A stretch of 26,465 nt of DNA from an archaeon (GTDB lineage: Archaea > EX4484-52 > B79-G9). The notes beneath the pieces are model-generated. The model saw nothing but the letters and a program-made list of their open reading frames with translations, had not been told where the DNA came from and searched no databases. Made by a program: the position numbers and the translations under genes. This document shows positions 18,304-26,463 of the stretch, in pieces (position 1 is the first letter of the stretch; each line of letters opens with the position of its first letter). The stretch lies in assembly GCA_043813875.1 (NCBI GenBank), contig JBDRKP010000001.1, forward strand, positions 1 through 26,465, written 5' to 3'.

Positions 18304-19205
18304 GACATTGAAATGAATACCTTTGTCTCAATCAGGTCTCCGCCATACTTCGACCTTTCACCACTTATTTTCGGATTATCATCACGTCGTATATTTATCC
18401 TATGCTGTCCGGGACCCAAAACATTGTTGCCGTCACGTGTTAATTGTATCCGGTAACCATCATTGCCCGGGCTTGATATATCATCAAGTTCCCTGTAGAC
18501 AAGACGATATGTAGTCTTGAAACGATCACCAGCAGACTCACTTCTTGCGATTATGACTCCTGCCTCATCAGCGCCCATGATGCCTGCCCTCTCTCTTTCA
18601 GGGCCAAGTATAAGCGCCTGGCCGTCAATATCCTCAGTCGGCGTGCAATCGATATGATGTACAAGATATGTATCGCCATCAAGCGTAAATCTCTGCCCCT
18701 CACTATAAGTAGCCTCTATTGATGATTCGGTACATGTCGATAGTACGACCTGTGCCGGACTGCAAGAAGAATTCATCATACAGCTAACATCATCATTGAT
18801 GCTCACTGTCCCGGACCCTCCATCTGCTTTCACCGCAGCCATATCTTCCTGTACGGGTGTTGTTCCGCCGACAAGAGGCACCCATGCAGTGGTCGCGATA
18901 TTCAGGCCTCTCGTAACCACAGAATAGCTCAATGAATTGTCATCGTCAAGCACAAGATCGCCTGCAAGCTCAAAAGAGACTGTTTTTTGCTCTCCTGTCA
19001 CTGCGACATCATCAATCTTATCCTTCAGCAACACCATCAAACTCTCCGCCTTCTCATTATCAGACGACGTCTGTCCCTTCTCTATCAAAGGAACACCCCA
19101 CATATATGTGGAACCGATAATAGCAATCAAAATACCAGTTATAAGAATAATGGATATAACCTGTGATTGAGCTTTACGAACCATATCACACTTTAATAAT
19201 CTCAT
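18300..19205 (-). CDS. Pilin-like protein with class III signal peptide (first gene of the pilus operon)
   Basis: RKA/QSQVISIILITGILIAIIGSTYMWG. Start ATG 19205 (GGTGG RBS) or 19184; the 19274 start in the track lies inside the hairpin region. Confidence 0.8.
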   Translation of the reverse strand: MRLLKCDMVRKAQSQVISIILITGILIAIIGSTYMWGVPLIEKGQTSSDNEKAESLMVLLKDKIDDVAVTGEQKTVSFELAGDLVLDDDNSLSYSVVTRGLNIATTAWVPLVGGTTPVQEDMAAVKADGGSGTVSINDDVSCMMNSSCSPAQVVLSTCTESSIEATYSEGQRFTLDGDTYLVHHIDCTPTEDIDGQALILGPERERAGIMGADEAGVIIARSESAGDRFKTTYRLVYRELDDISSPGNDGYRIQLTRDGNNVLGPGQHRINIRRDDNPKISGERSKYGGDLIETKVFISMS

Positions 19206-19223
19206 CTTTACCACCTTCCTCTC

Positions 19224-19412
19224 ATGCCCGAAACACACAGGCATATTCATCCCAAATATAAAGTGAAGGCACATAATTTAAGCAAAGTGCCTCCCCATAT
19301 CCTTAAAATTGCAAGGCAATTTTAGGATCCAGCGAATCGGGGATTCGCTCGGATAGGTCAAGGCAACTTGGTTTTTGGCGATATTTGCTCATTTATTTCA
19401 TGCCTTGACTAT
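19224..19412. repeat. Chain of five inverted repeats (candidate structured RNA leader)
   Basis: Stems at 19224-19244, 19267-19292, 19299-19328, 19327-19354 and 19353-19412, checked by hand. Confidence 0.7.
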
Positions 19413-19450
19413 AATTATACCAACATCTAAACATATTGTGTACAACATCG

Positions 19451-19464
19451 TATATAAGATTTTC
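19451..19464 (-). promoter_or_regulatory. Candidate BRE-TATA promoter of the pilus operon
   Basis: The minus strand reads GAAAATCTTATATA, which predicts a transcription start near 19428, just before the hairpin chain. Confidence 0.45.
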
Positions 19465-19615
19465 CAAGAATATATAGATTTCGTAGAATTTCAATCAACA
19501 AAAAACTATTTATGATTACTGAACCAAATTTGACATACAAAGAGACACAAACTCTAATACACAGAATATTTAGACACAATTTATAGACACGACATATCAA
19601 CAGAGGTGCTTTTGA

Positions 19616-21037
19616 ATGAATGCAAAATACACAAAAAGAGACATACTGACTTCTCCAAACCAGAGCAATTCCTGCAGGATCCTGCTATTCGGCTCCGGTG
19701 AAATCGGCCGCGAGGTAGTCATACAGGGCCAGCGCCTCGGCATGACGACAATCGCAGTCGACCGCTACGAAGGAGCCCCCGCCCAGCAGGTCGCACACAG
19801 ATCATACACAATAGACATGAAAGACGGCGATGCGATGCGCCACATAGTAGAAAAAGAAAAACCGGACGCAATCGTCTGCGAGATAGAGGCGATCAACCTC
19901 GACATGCTCATGGAACTCGAAAAAGAAGGCTACCCCGTCAGGCCAAACGCAAAAGCGGTCTGGATCACGATGAACAGGGAAAGGAGCAGGGAACTCATAT
20001 CAAGGCAGGCAGGCGTAAAGACAAGCAAATATATCTACGTCGGCACAGATGACGCTAAAGCATTCAAAGACGCAGTCGAAAAGATAGGCTATCCGTGCAT
20101 CAGCAAGGCCATCATGAGCTCATCAGGCCACGGCTCATACTCAATCAGAACCCAAAAAGACATAGAGCCCGCAAGGCTCGCAGCGATAAAAGGCGCAAGA
20201 GGCTCCGGCGCAAAAGCGATAATAGAAGAATTCATAGACTTCGACACAGAAGTCACAGAACTTGCGGTAAGGCACCTCGACGAAAACGGGAAGATAGTCA
20301 CATCGTTCCCAAAACCCATCGGTCACTATCAGATAGAAGGCGACTACCATGCTTCTTGGCAGAGCCCGAACGTCGAACAATACCTTCCCTGGAAACCCGA
20401 AGACATAGGCACAAAATTCAAGCCAGACATGGACCTCGCGATAAAGACCGAAAAAAAAATATACGAAGCCGCAGAAAAAATAACCGGCGCTCTAGGCGGC
20501 CTTGGCATCTTCGGCGTAGAGCTCTTCGTCAGGGCAAGAGACGGCAAAGTGGAAGTCCTCGGCAACGAATGCTCGCCGCGCCCCCACGATACCGGCATGG
20601 TGACATTTTTGTCGCACATGATCGGCATGAACGAAAGCGCGCTTCATCTTCGCGCCATCACAGGCCTGCCCATACCCACGACAACAAACACAGACGGCTA
20701 TCAAGTCATAGAACCCCTGATGCCCGCCTCATCGCACGTCATAAAAGCAGGAGTAGGCGGCTGGGACCCTGAATTCAGGGGCATATGGGATGCAGGAAAC
20801 ACCCCGGGAGTGAACATATACATGTTCGGAAAGCCCAACATTCCCTACGACCCGAAAAACCCGTTTGACGCCCACAGGAGACTAGGAATAACACTGGCTA
20901 TTGGGACAGACGCCCTGGATGCAAAAAAGAAAGCAGAACAAGCAGCCCACAAGATAGAGATGAGAACAAGGCAGCACAACAAGTGGATATCACAGGACAT
21001 GACCCGCGACGCAAGAAAAAAGCATGTATCCCAGTAA
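19616..21037 (+). CDS. purT: Formate-dependent phosphoribosylglycinamide formyltransferase
   Basis: GSGEIGREV, VDRYEGAPAQQVAH, EIEAI, MSSSGHG, EEFIDFD, GDYHASWQ, SPRPHDTGMVT, FGKP and RRLG motifs; GAGGTG RBS at 19603-19608. Confidence 0.95.
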   Translation: MNAKYTKRDILTSPNQSNSCRILLFGSGEIGREVVIQGQRLGMTTIAVDRYEGAPAQQVAHRSYTIDMKDGDAMRHIVEKEKPDAIVCEIEAINLDMLMELEKEGYPVRPNAKAVWITMNRERSRELISRQAGVKTSKYIYVGTDDAKAFKDAVEKIGYPCISKAIMSSSGHGSYSIRTQKDIEPARLAAIKGARGSGAKAIIEEFIDFDTEVTELAVRHLDENGKIVTSFPKPIGHYQIEGDYHASWQSPNVEQYLPWKPEDIGTKFKPDMDLAIKTEKKIYEAAEKITGALGGLGIFGVELFVRARDGKVEVLGNECSPRPHDTGMVTFLSHMIGMNESALHLRAITGLPIPTTTNTDGYQVIEPLMPASSHVIKAGVGGWDPEFRGIWDAGNTPGVNIYMFGKPNIPYDPKNPFDAHRRLGITLAIGTDALDAKKKAEQAAHKIEMRTRQHNKWISQDMTRDARKKHVSQ

Positions 21038-21092
21038 CATCTCAGAAACAATTTTAAAAAACAATCCAAAACAATCCAAGAGGTGATAAGAC

Positions 21093-21155
21093 ATGGTAGT
21101 AAACAAAGGCCCAAAAAAAAGAAAGAAAATCAAAGTAAGAGGAATGAAGAAATAA
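21093..21155 (+). CDS. Putative 20-aa highly basic peptide MVVNKGPKKRKKIKVRGMKK
   Basis: GAGGTGAT RBS at 21080-21087, 5 nt before the ATG; 10 of 20 residues are K/R; stop TAA at 21153-21155. Confidence 0.55.
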   Translation: MVVNKGPKKRKKIKVRGMKK

Positions 21156-21495
21156 GAAAGGAATGCCAGAGATATCTGAAAGCAATTCCTTCTAAATTCC
21201 TCGTATATTTTATAATCCCAAACTCCGCTAAATTACGGCCCATGTTTCAATCAAAAAAAAAGGCGATACCTAACGAAATATGAATATTTTTAGCAATACG
21301 CAATGCAGATAATGAATTTCGAGTCATTGATGACTAATGTTGTCGAAATAAGTTACCTGATCCGTAAAATTGGAAGAGTTCGGGTATAATCTTATTGTTA
21401 TGTTCAATAAAATTTCCATTTCTTACTACCTTTTTGCGGAATTCCGTGGCCTATTGGCCATATTGACGAATTCATAGCAAAAATCTTGCGATAAC

Positions 21496-21524
21496 TTTAT
21501 AAATATTAACAACTACTAAGTAGT
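21496..21524 (+). promoter_or_regulatory. TATA box plus downstream palindrome for the metalloprotease gene
   Basis: TTTATAAA at 21496-21503; ACTACT-A-AGTAGT at 21512-21524; ATG at 21539. Confidence 0.5.
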
Positions 21525-21538
21525 ACTATTGTGATTTT

Positions 21539-22291
21539 ATGCCTTTCAGTCGTGATATTTGGGAAAAGACATGGAAAGATACATATAATGGTTTAGGTTC
21601 TATACCATTCATAAGACAATATGGTTCAGATGGGCAACATTATGCAGGCTATAATTGGATAAATGGCAGAGAAATAAGAGTGTTCAAAGAACCAAAAGTT
21701 GCTGTAAAAGTTGTGCATCCTATAGTTGATGCACTTAAAAATCTCATAGACGAAATTGGTTTAGATATTCAAGTAAATTATTTTGGAAATGATAGCACAT
21801 TAAACAGACAAATAGAAAAATATACTTCACAGGATAATTATCGAAAAGTAGGAGGAAGCCCAGTAAAATTACTGGACGGCGACAGCCTAAGTCGAGAATT
21901 ACTAACAGAAGATTGGAGAAAATATAAACCGCATGCAGATGTCATAATTACAGATAAGTATCTAAAATTAGGTACAGAAAATTGGGGTCAAAGCCAATTT
22001 AGTTTAGGTACCGAAATAATATCTCTCCCTGATAGAAGACAAGATGCTCTTGAATTTATATACAACATATCAAAGCATGAAGGAGAACATCTAATAGGAT
22101 ATAATCAACACCACGATAGTAACAAAGTAACGGGGTATAAAGAACCTAGTGATTGTCTCATGTATTGGAAAGCATCAACAGATAGACTTTGCAATAAATG
22201 TAAAAATGCAACGGTATTCTTTTGGGAAGGAGCCAAAGATAGAATGAACGATACATTCTTCGAAAAACAACCCATTTTGATTCTTCAATAA
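21539..22291 (+). CDS. Zinc metalloprotease, metzincin/archaemetzincin-like
   Basis: HEGEHLIGYNQHH zinc motif, CLM Met-turn and LCNKC; no signal peptide; visibly AT-rich. Confidence 0.7.
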   Translation: MPFSRDIWEKTWKDTYNGLGSIPFIRQYGSDGQHYAGYNWINGREIRVFKEPKVAVKVVHPIVDALKNLIDEIGLDIQVNYFGNDSTLNRQIEKYTSQDNYRKVGGSPVKLLDGDSLSRELLTEDWRKYKPHADVIITDKYLKLGTENWGQSQFSLGTEIISLPDRRQDALEFIYNISKHEGEHLIGYNQHHDSNKVTGYKEPSDCLMYWKASTDRLCNKCKNATVFFWEGAKDRMNDTFFEKQPILILQ

Positions 22292-22588
22292 TAGATGAAT
22301 AGCATGTTAATTTTAACAATTTTAACGCAACTCCTCCTCAAGTCCTATGGACAATTACACTCCTTGCGGCCGAATATAAAGGGAAATGAAATTACTCTTC
22401 GTCGCTTTGCTCCTTGTTCATCTCATGCCTCGCGGATTCACAGTACTCATTAGAGTATTGCCAAAACAGATAGCAGACAAGCGATCTTTTCATGTCGTTC
22501 AAACCATTGACGATAGCGGAACCTTTAGCGTTTCAAACAACCACCACGAACTCAACATATAAATATCTAATCCACTAAAACTCAAGGT

Positions 22589-23485
22589 ATGATTATCGAA
22601 ATCCTTCTCTTGGCTTCCGCGCTCATCGGCACAGCAGCTGGCGGCTGGATAGACTTAAAGACTACAGAGATACCGGACATCGTACCCCTGTCAATGGTCA
22701 TAGCAGGTGTGGTACTACATACCGCCAACGGCCTGACCGGCGGCTCCTTTGAGGGACTTGTCAGCGCAATCATCGTAGGCGCAATCTACCTCGCCCTCGG
22801 CTACGTCCTCTACTACACCGGCCAGTGGGGCGAAGCAGACGTATTGCTGCTCGCAGCAACCGGCTTCCTGATACCCCAGCCGCTGTCATTCTTCAACATC
22901 ATAACAACAAAAGAGATATACCCGATCTTATTCCTCATGAACACATTCATAGTCGGCGGCATATACTCACTCATCTACTCAGGAATCCTTGCCTCAAGGA
23001 ACCCGGAAATATTCACGAACTATTGGAAAGACATAGCAAAAAACAGGAACAAGATCATGACGGCAATCGCAGCATTCACCATAGCCATGCTTGGATTGAC
23101 ATACATCCTAAGCTACATGGCAGACATCTACATCACAACATCACTCATCGCAACCCAGCTCATATTCTTCGTCCCCATGGCAGCCGCTCTGATACTCATG
23201 TATCGTTTCGCACTCGTCCTTGACAACACAGCATTCAAAAGAAAAATACCGGCATCAAGACTAAGAGAAGGCGACGTCCTGGCAGAAAACGTGGAACTAA
23301 AAGGCACAACCCTTTCAGGAAAACTATTCATAGGCCTCACAGTTGACCAGATAAGATTGATAAAAAAAGAGAGAAGACACGTAAGCATCAAAGAAGGCAT
23401 CAGATACGGCCCGACATTCTTCCTGTCGATATTGTTCACATGGTTCTTCGGCAACTCCATAATCATGATCTTCGGCTGGATCTGA
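22589..23485 (+). CDS. Prepilin peptidase (A24 GxGD-type aspartic protease, EppA-like length)
   Basis: IDLKTTEIPD (first Asp), GQWGEADV (second Asp), multiple TM segments, LREGDVL and EGIRYGPTF C-terminal pattern; TATAAATA about 24 nt upstream. Confidence 0.88.
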   Translation: MIIEILLLASALIGTAAGGWIDLKTTEIPDIVPLSMVIAGVVLHTANGLTGGSFEGLVSAIIVGAIYLALGYVLYYTGQWGEADVLLLAATGFLIPQPLSFFNIITTKEIYPILFLMNTFIVGGIYSLIYSGILASRNPEIFTNYWKDIAKNRNKIMTAIAAFTIAMLGLTYILSYMADIYITTSLIATQLIFFVPMAAALILMYRFALVLDNTAFKRKIPASRLREGDVLAENVELKGTTLSGKLFIGLTVDQIRLIKKERRHVSIKEGIRYGPTFFLSILFTWFFGNSIIMIFGWI

Positions 23486-23492
23486 GATGGTC

Positions 23493-24818
23493 CTAACGCG
23501 TTATCCTGACACTATAATTACCGGTACCGCTCAACTTCCCCTCAAGCTCAACAATTCTGTCGCCAATGCTCACCTCAACCGACTCAAGCATCTTTTGTCT
23601 TAAAGAGACATCCGATTTCAATGACTCAACATCCGCCAGGACTCGGGCATACTGGCATTCAAGCTCCTTTTTTCCCTGCATGGTCCGGTCAGACTCAATC
23701 CTCCCCCGAATCTCCGTTTCCTTCGCCTTCAGTTCCATCAGTTCCTTCCGCAATCCATCAAGCTCGTCATCCTTCTTCAGCCTCGAGATCGCACACATGG
23801 TCTTTTCCTTCAGCTTGTCCTTCAAAGAAATAGAGCCGCGGCTCACATGCATCTCAAGATCCGACAAAGCGCTCTTTAGCAACCTGGATCCTTCATCCTC
23901 CTCCACAGCAGAAACAGGATCATCGATATAAAGCCCAAGCAGCCGCTCCTCCTCTTTACCCGAAAGCTGCGCAACCCGTGAATACTTCTTCAGCCCCCTG
24001 CTTATGACAGATAAAGATTGCACAATCCTTGCTTTCACGACATCAATCTCATCAAGCACCACTCTATGCTCCTCATTAAGCTTGAGAAACCCCAGGGCAT
24101 CCGCCCCTTTATCCAAATCCGCAATCTGCCCCTTCAGCGCATCACACGATTTGGAAATCTCCTTCAACCGCTTTCTATTCAACAAGATATCCCGGTCAAG
24201 TTCTTTCTTCTTCAAAAAATCAGCATCAAGCTCACCAAGTAACTTATAAGAAGCATCAACCGAAGCGACTTTATCCCTCAGCGGGCCAAGATACAGAAAA
24301 GCCTCATCAATCTTCTTGCTCATCTCAAACAGGTCATCCTTGACGCTCTCGGCAACATCTGGTATCCCCGTATCGACAAAATAGAAGTTTTTCTTGGTAT
24401 CCATCATGAAATGAGCCATCTGATCTTTGACAGAATCAAAGAACCCGAACGCCTCAAAAGCACCGGTTTTAGATATATTCACACCATGCATGAAAGTATT
24501 AAGCTTGCTGACAAGCGCCTTCCGGTTATTGATCACGGCGCGCTCCATCCTCTTATCGCGCATCTCATCGATTTTCGCATCCTTCAGCCCGAGAGCATCC
24601 TTTTCAAGCTGCTCCTTGATCTCCTTCATCGATTCCAGTATGACAGAGACATGCCCATCAATATCAGAAATGAACGGCTTGGACACAGAATCAAGCCAGC
24701 CCTTGGCTTCCTTGTACTCTAAAGAGACATCTTCATGCGGCAGATCATCCTCTTCCTTACCCTTCCCGTCGCCGCCAAGACCCGAAAGCATCTCTTTGAC
24801 CTTATCAAGAAATCCCAT
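23493..24818 (-). CDS. Hypothetical coiled-coil protein
   Basis: 441 aa, E/K/L-rich heptads; amphipathic MGFLDKVKEML N-terminus; no Walker motifs or TM segments seen. Confidence 0.8.
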   Translation of the reverse strand: MGFLDKVKEMLSGLGGDGKGKEEDDLPHEDVSLEYKEAKGWLDSVSKPFISDIDGHVSVILESMKEIKEQLEKDALGLKDAKIDEMRDKRMERAVINNRKALVSKLNTFMHGVNISKTGAFEAFGFFDSVKDQMAHFMMDTKKNFYFVDTGIPDVAESVKDDLFEMSKKIDEAFLYLGPLRDKVASVDASYKLLGELDADFLKKKELDRDILLNRKRLKEISKSCDALKGQIADLDKGADALGFLKLNEEHRVVLDEIDVVKARIVQSLSVISRGLKKYSRVAQLSGKEEERLLGLYIDDPVSAVEEDEGSRLLKSALSDLEMHVSRGSISLKDKLKEKTMCAISRLKKDDELDGLRKELMELKAKETEIRGRIESDRTMQGKKELECQYARVLADVESLKSDVSLRQKMLESVEVSIGDRIVELEGKLSGTGNYSVRITR

Positions 24819-24882
24819 ATCTCATCATATAATTATGAAAATTCAATTCTTTTATAGGTTTGCAACCAGAAAAGAATGCGAT

Positions 24883-26463
24883 TCATCCATCCACCCTTCT
24901 CCTCCCACTCCTGCCTTTTGCGACAAGATAGACAATCAGCAATATAATAACAGCCACAAAAACAAAAACAGGATATCCACCACTCAATAAAAATGCCCCC
25001 GTCGGCGTGATTGAAACATCAGAACCAGACCCACCCTCATTTTCATCGACAGTATTTCTCAAGACCCGCACAGGCTTAACATTATCAGATTCACCCTGCT
25101 GCATAGCATTCAACCCTTGAAGACCTCCCTGCCTCAAAACATCATCCTTCACACCACCGGGTAGATCATCAGCATTGATTTCAACATTCTCTAAAGGCAT
25201 CTTATCAGCAGATTCATTGAAAGTGATATTCACACTCTTGAAAGGAGCAACATACCCACGGCTTGAACCTCCACGAGAATTACATCCATCGCAATCACCG
25301 CTGCATGTCGAGCACGTCTCACCAAAATTAGTATCACAGAAAGAATCACCGCAATACGTCTTATCTGGCCTGCAGACACCATGCACGCAATTGCCAAGAG
25401 CGCATTCATAATCACTCACGCAAGCTCCGCCAGCCGGAATTTTCCCACCGATACCATATATGCTGAAATGGCTGACATTCGCCCACACATAATTGAGAGT
25501 TGTATTCACACCAGCACCATAGACCCAATCCATCGCCTCATCAAGCATTATCCACGCATCAGACGACTCATTGAACCAATAGAATCCAAGGCTATTCTCA
25601 TCAACACCGGAATCAAGCAATTCATCATCATACATTATCCTGATAAGGACATAAGAAAGATTGCCAAAAAGATTATCATCCACCTCAATCTGTACATACT
25701 TTCCGATTTCCACAACACCAAAAGAGCTGTTGGTAGGGTTAAAAAGCGATTCAGTGATATTTATGCTGATGTTCGTCATATTGACGTTAGCCGACATCTC
25801 AAGGACAGTATCAACAGAAGATGCATTAAGAACCAGGACATCACCAGAAAAAAGATCAACATTGTTAAGAGAAGTCACCATGACCACATCAAACGAAACA
25901 GACACAGAATCATTTACATAGCCTGATTCATCAACACACGACACATTCAATCTATTGGCGCCAATCCGCGCAGTAATATTCTGCACACCGCCAAGCATAT
26001 TCTCAAACAACACAACCCTCTCACCGCCATTCAGCACATAAGAGCAATTTGCAGCCTCATCTGTACTCACATTCAGCCTAACATACTGGCTCATATAATC
26101 CACCGCTACCGGCTCATTTATAGTAACAATAGGCGGGATCAGGTTGCAAGTTCTAATGACATCGTCCGGTCTCCCCTCATTATCAGACGGAAGGTCAGTG
26201 ATCTCATAACAGCCATCAAGATCTTCAAAACTGATGCACGACTGCGTTCCATTTTCAAAACACTCACCATAACCGGAACATACCCAGTCAGGCGCACAGA
26301 AATCGCAGGAATAACTATTATTCAGACTTGACTTTACAGGATAAGCACTTCTAAAAACCGTCCATGTCCTATTGGTGCGTATTTTTTGCGTTAAATTGTA
26401 GCATACATTAATAAGTAATAAAAACTGATAAATATTGACGTAATATTTATAAATAATAGCATA
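24883..26463 (-). CDS. Membrane-anchored Cys-rich cell-surface protein (PGF-pre-PGF-like beta domain); true start unresolved
   Basis: VDENSLGFYWFN...YVWANVSHFSIYGIGG domain, Cys-rich modules, low-complexity linker, TPTGAF + TM helix + basic tail. The frame is open for 120 codons upstream of the annotated GTG 26103. Confidence 0.7.
   Translation of the reverse strand, partial: YAIIYKYYVNIYQFLLLINVCYNLTQKIRTNRTWTVFRSAYPVKSSLNNSYSCDFCAPDWVCSGYGECFENGTQSCISFEDLDGCYEITDLPSDNEGRPDDVIRTCNLIPPIVTINEPVAVDYMSQYVRLNVSTDEAANCSYVLNGGERVVLFENMLGGVQNITARIGANRLNVSCVDESGYVNDSVSVSFDVVMVTSLNNVDLFSGDVLVLNASSVDTVLEMSANVNMTNISINITESLFNPTNSSFGVVEIGKYVQIEVDDNLFGNLSYVLIRIMYDDELLDSGVDENSLGFYWFNESSDAWIMLDEAMDWVYGAGVNTTLNYVWANVSHFSIYGIGGKIPAGGACVSDYECALGNCVHGVCRPDKTYCGDSFCDTNFGETCSTCSGDCDGCNSRGGSSRGYVAPFKSVNITFNESADKMPLENVEINADDLPGGVKDDVLRQGGLQGLNAMQQGESDNVKPVRVLRNTVDENEGGSGSDVSITPTGAFLLSGGYPVFVFVAVIILLIVYLVAKGRSGRRRVDG
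26428..26455. promoter_or_regulatory. Palindromic operator-like site overlapping a symmetric TATA-like element
   Basis: ATAAATATT-GACGT-AATATTTAT (26428-26450) and TATTTATAAATA (26444-26455) are both perfect inverted repeats. Confidence 0.4.

Noticed and set aside
19224..19412. tRNA, CRISPR array or SRP RNA interpretation of the hairpins
   Set aside because: No cloverleaf or T-loop consensus, no repeat-spacer periodicity, no SRP helix-8 motif seen.
20095..20772. 225-aa Arg-rich ORF inside purT (also 6700-7062 and 22825-23223)
   Set aside because: Alternative-frame by-products of A/C-rich codon usage.
21083..21283. 66-aa ORF from the track
   Set aside because: Its GTG start lies inside the Shine-Dalgarno of the better-supported 20-aa ORF.
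21324..21419. 31-aa minus-strand ORF MEILLNITIRLYPNSSNFTDQVTYFDNISHQ with an RLYP motif like TnpB N-termini
   Set aside because: Only four matching residues and no other TnpB or IS features nearby.
22292..22560. Possible integron attC or IS end downstream of the protease
   Set aside because: No paired RYYYAAC/GTTRRRY boxes could be placed; only short imperfect hairpins.
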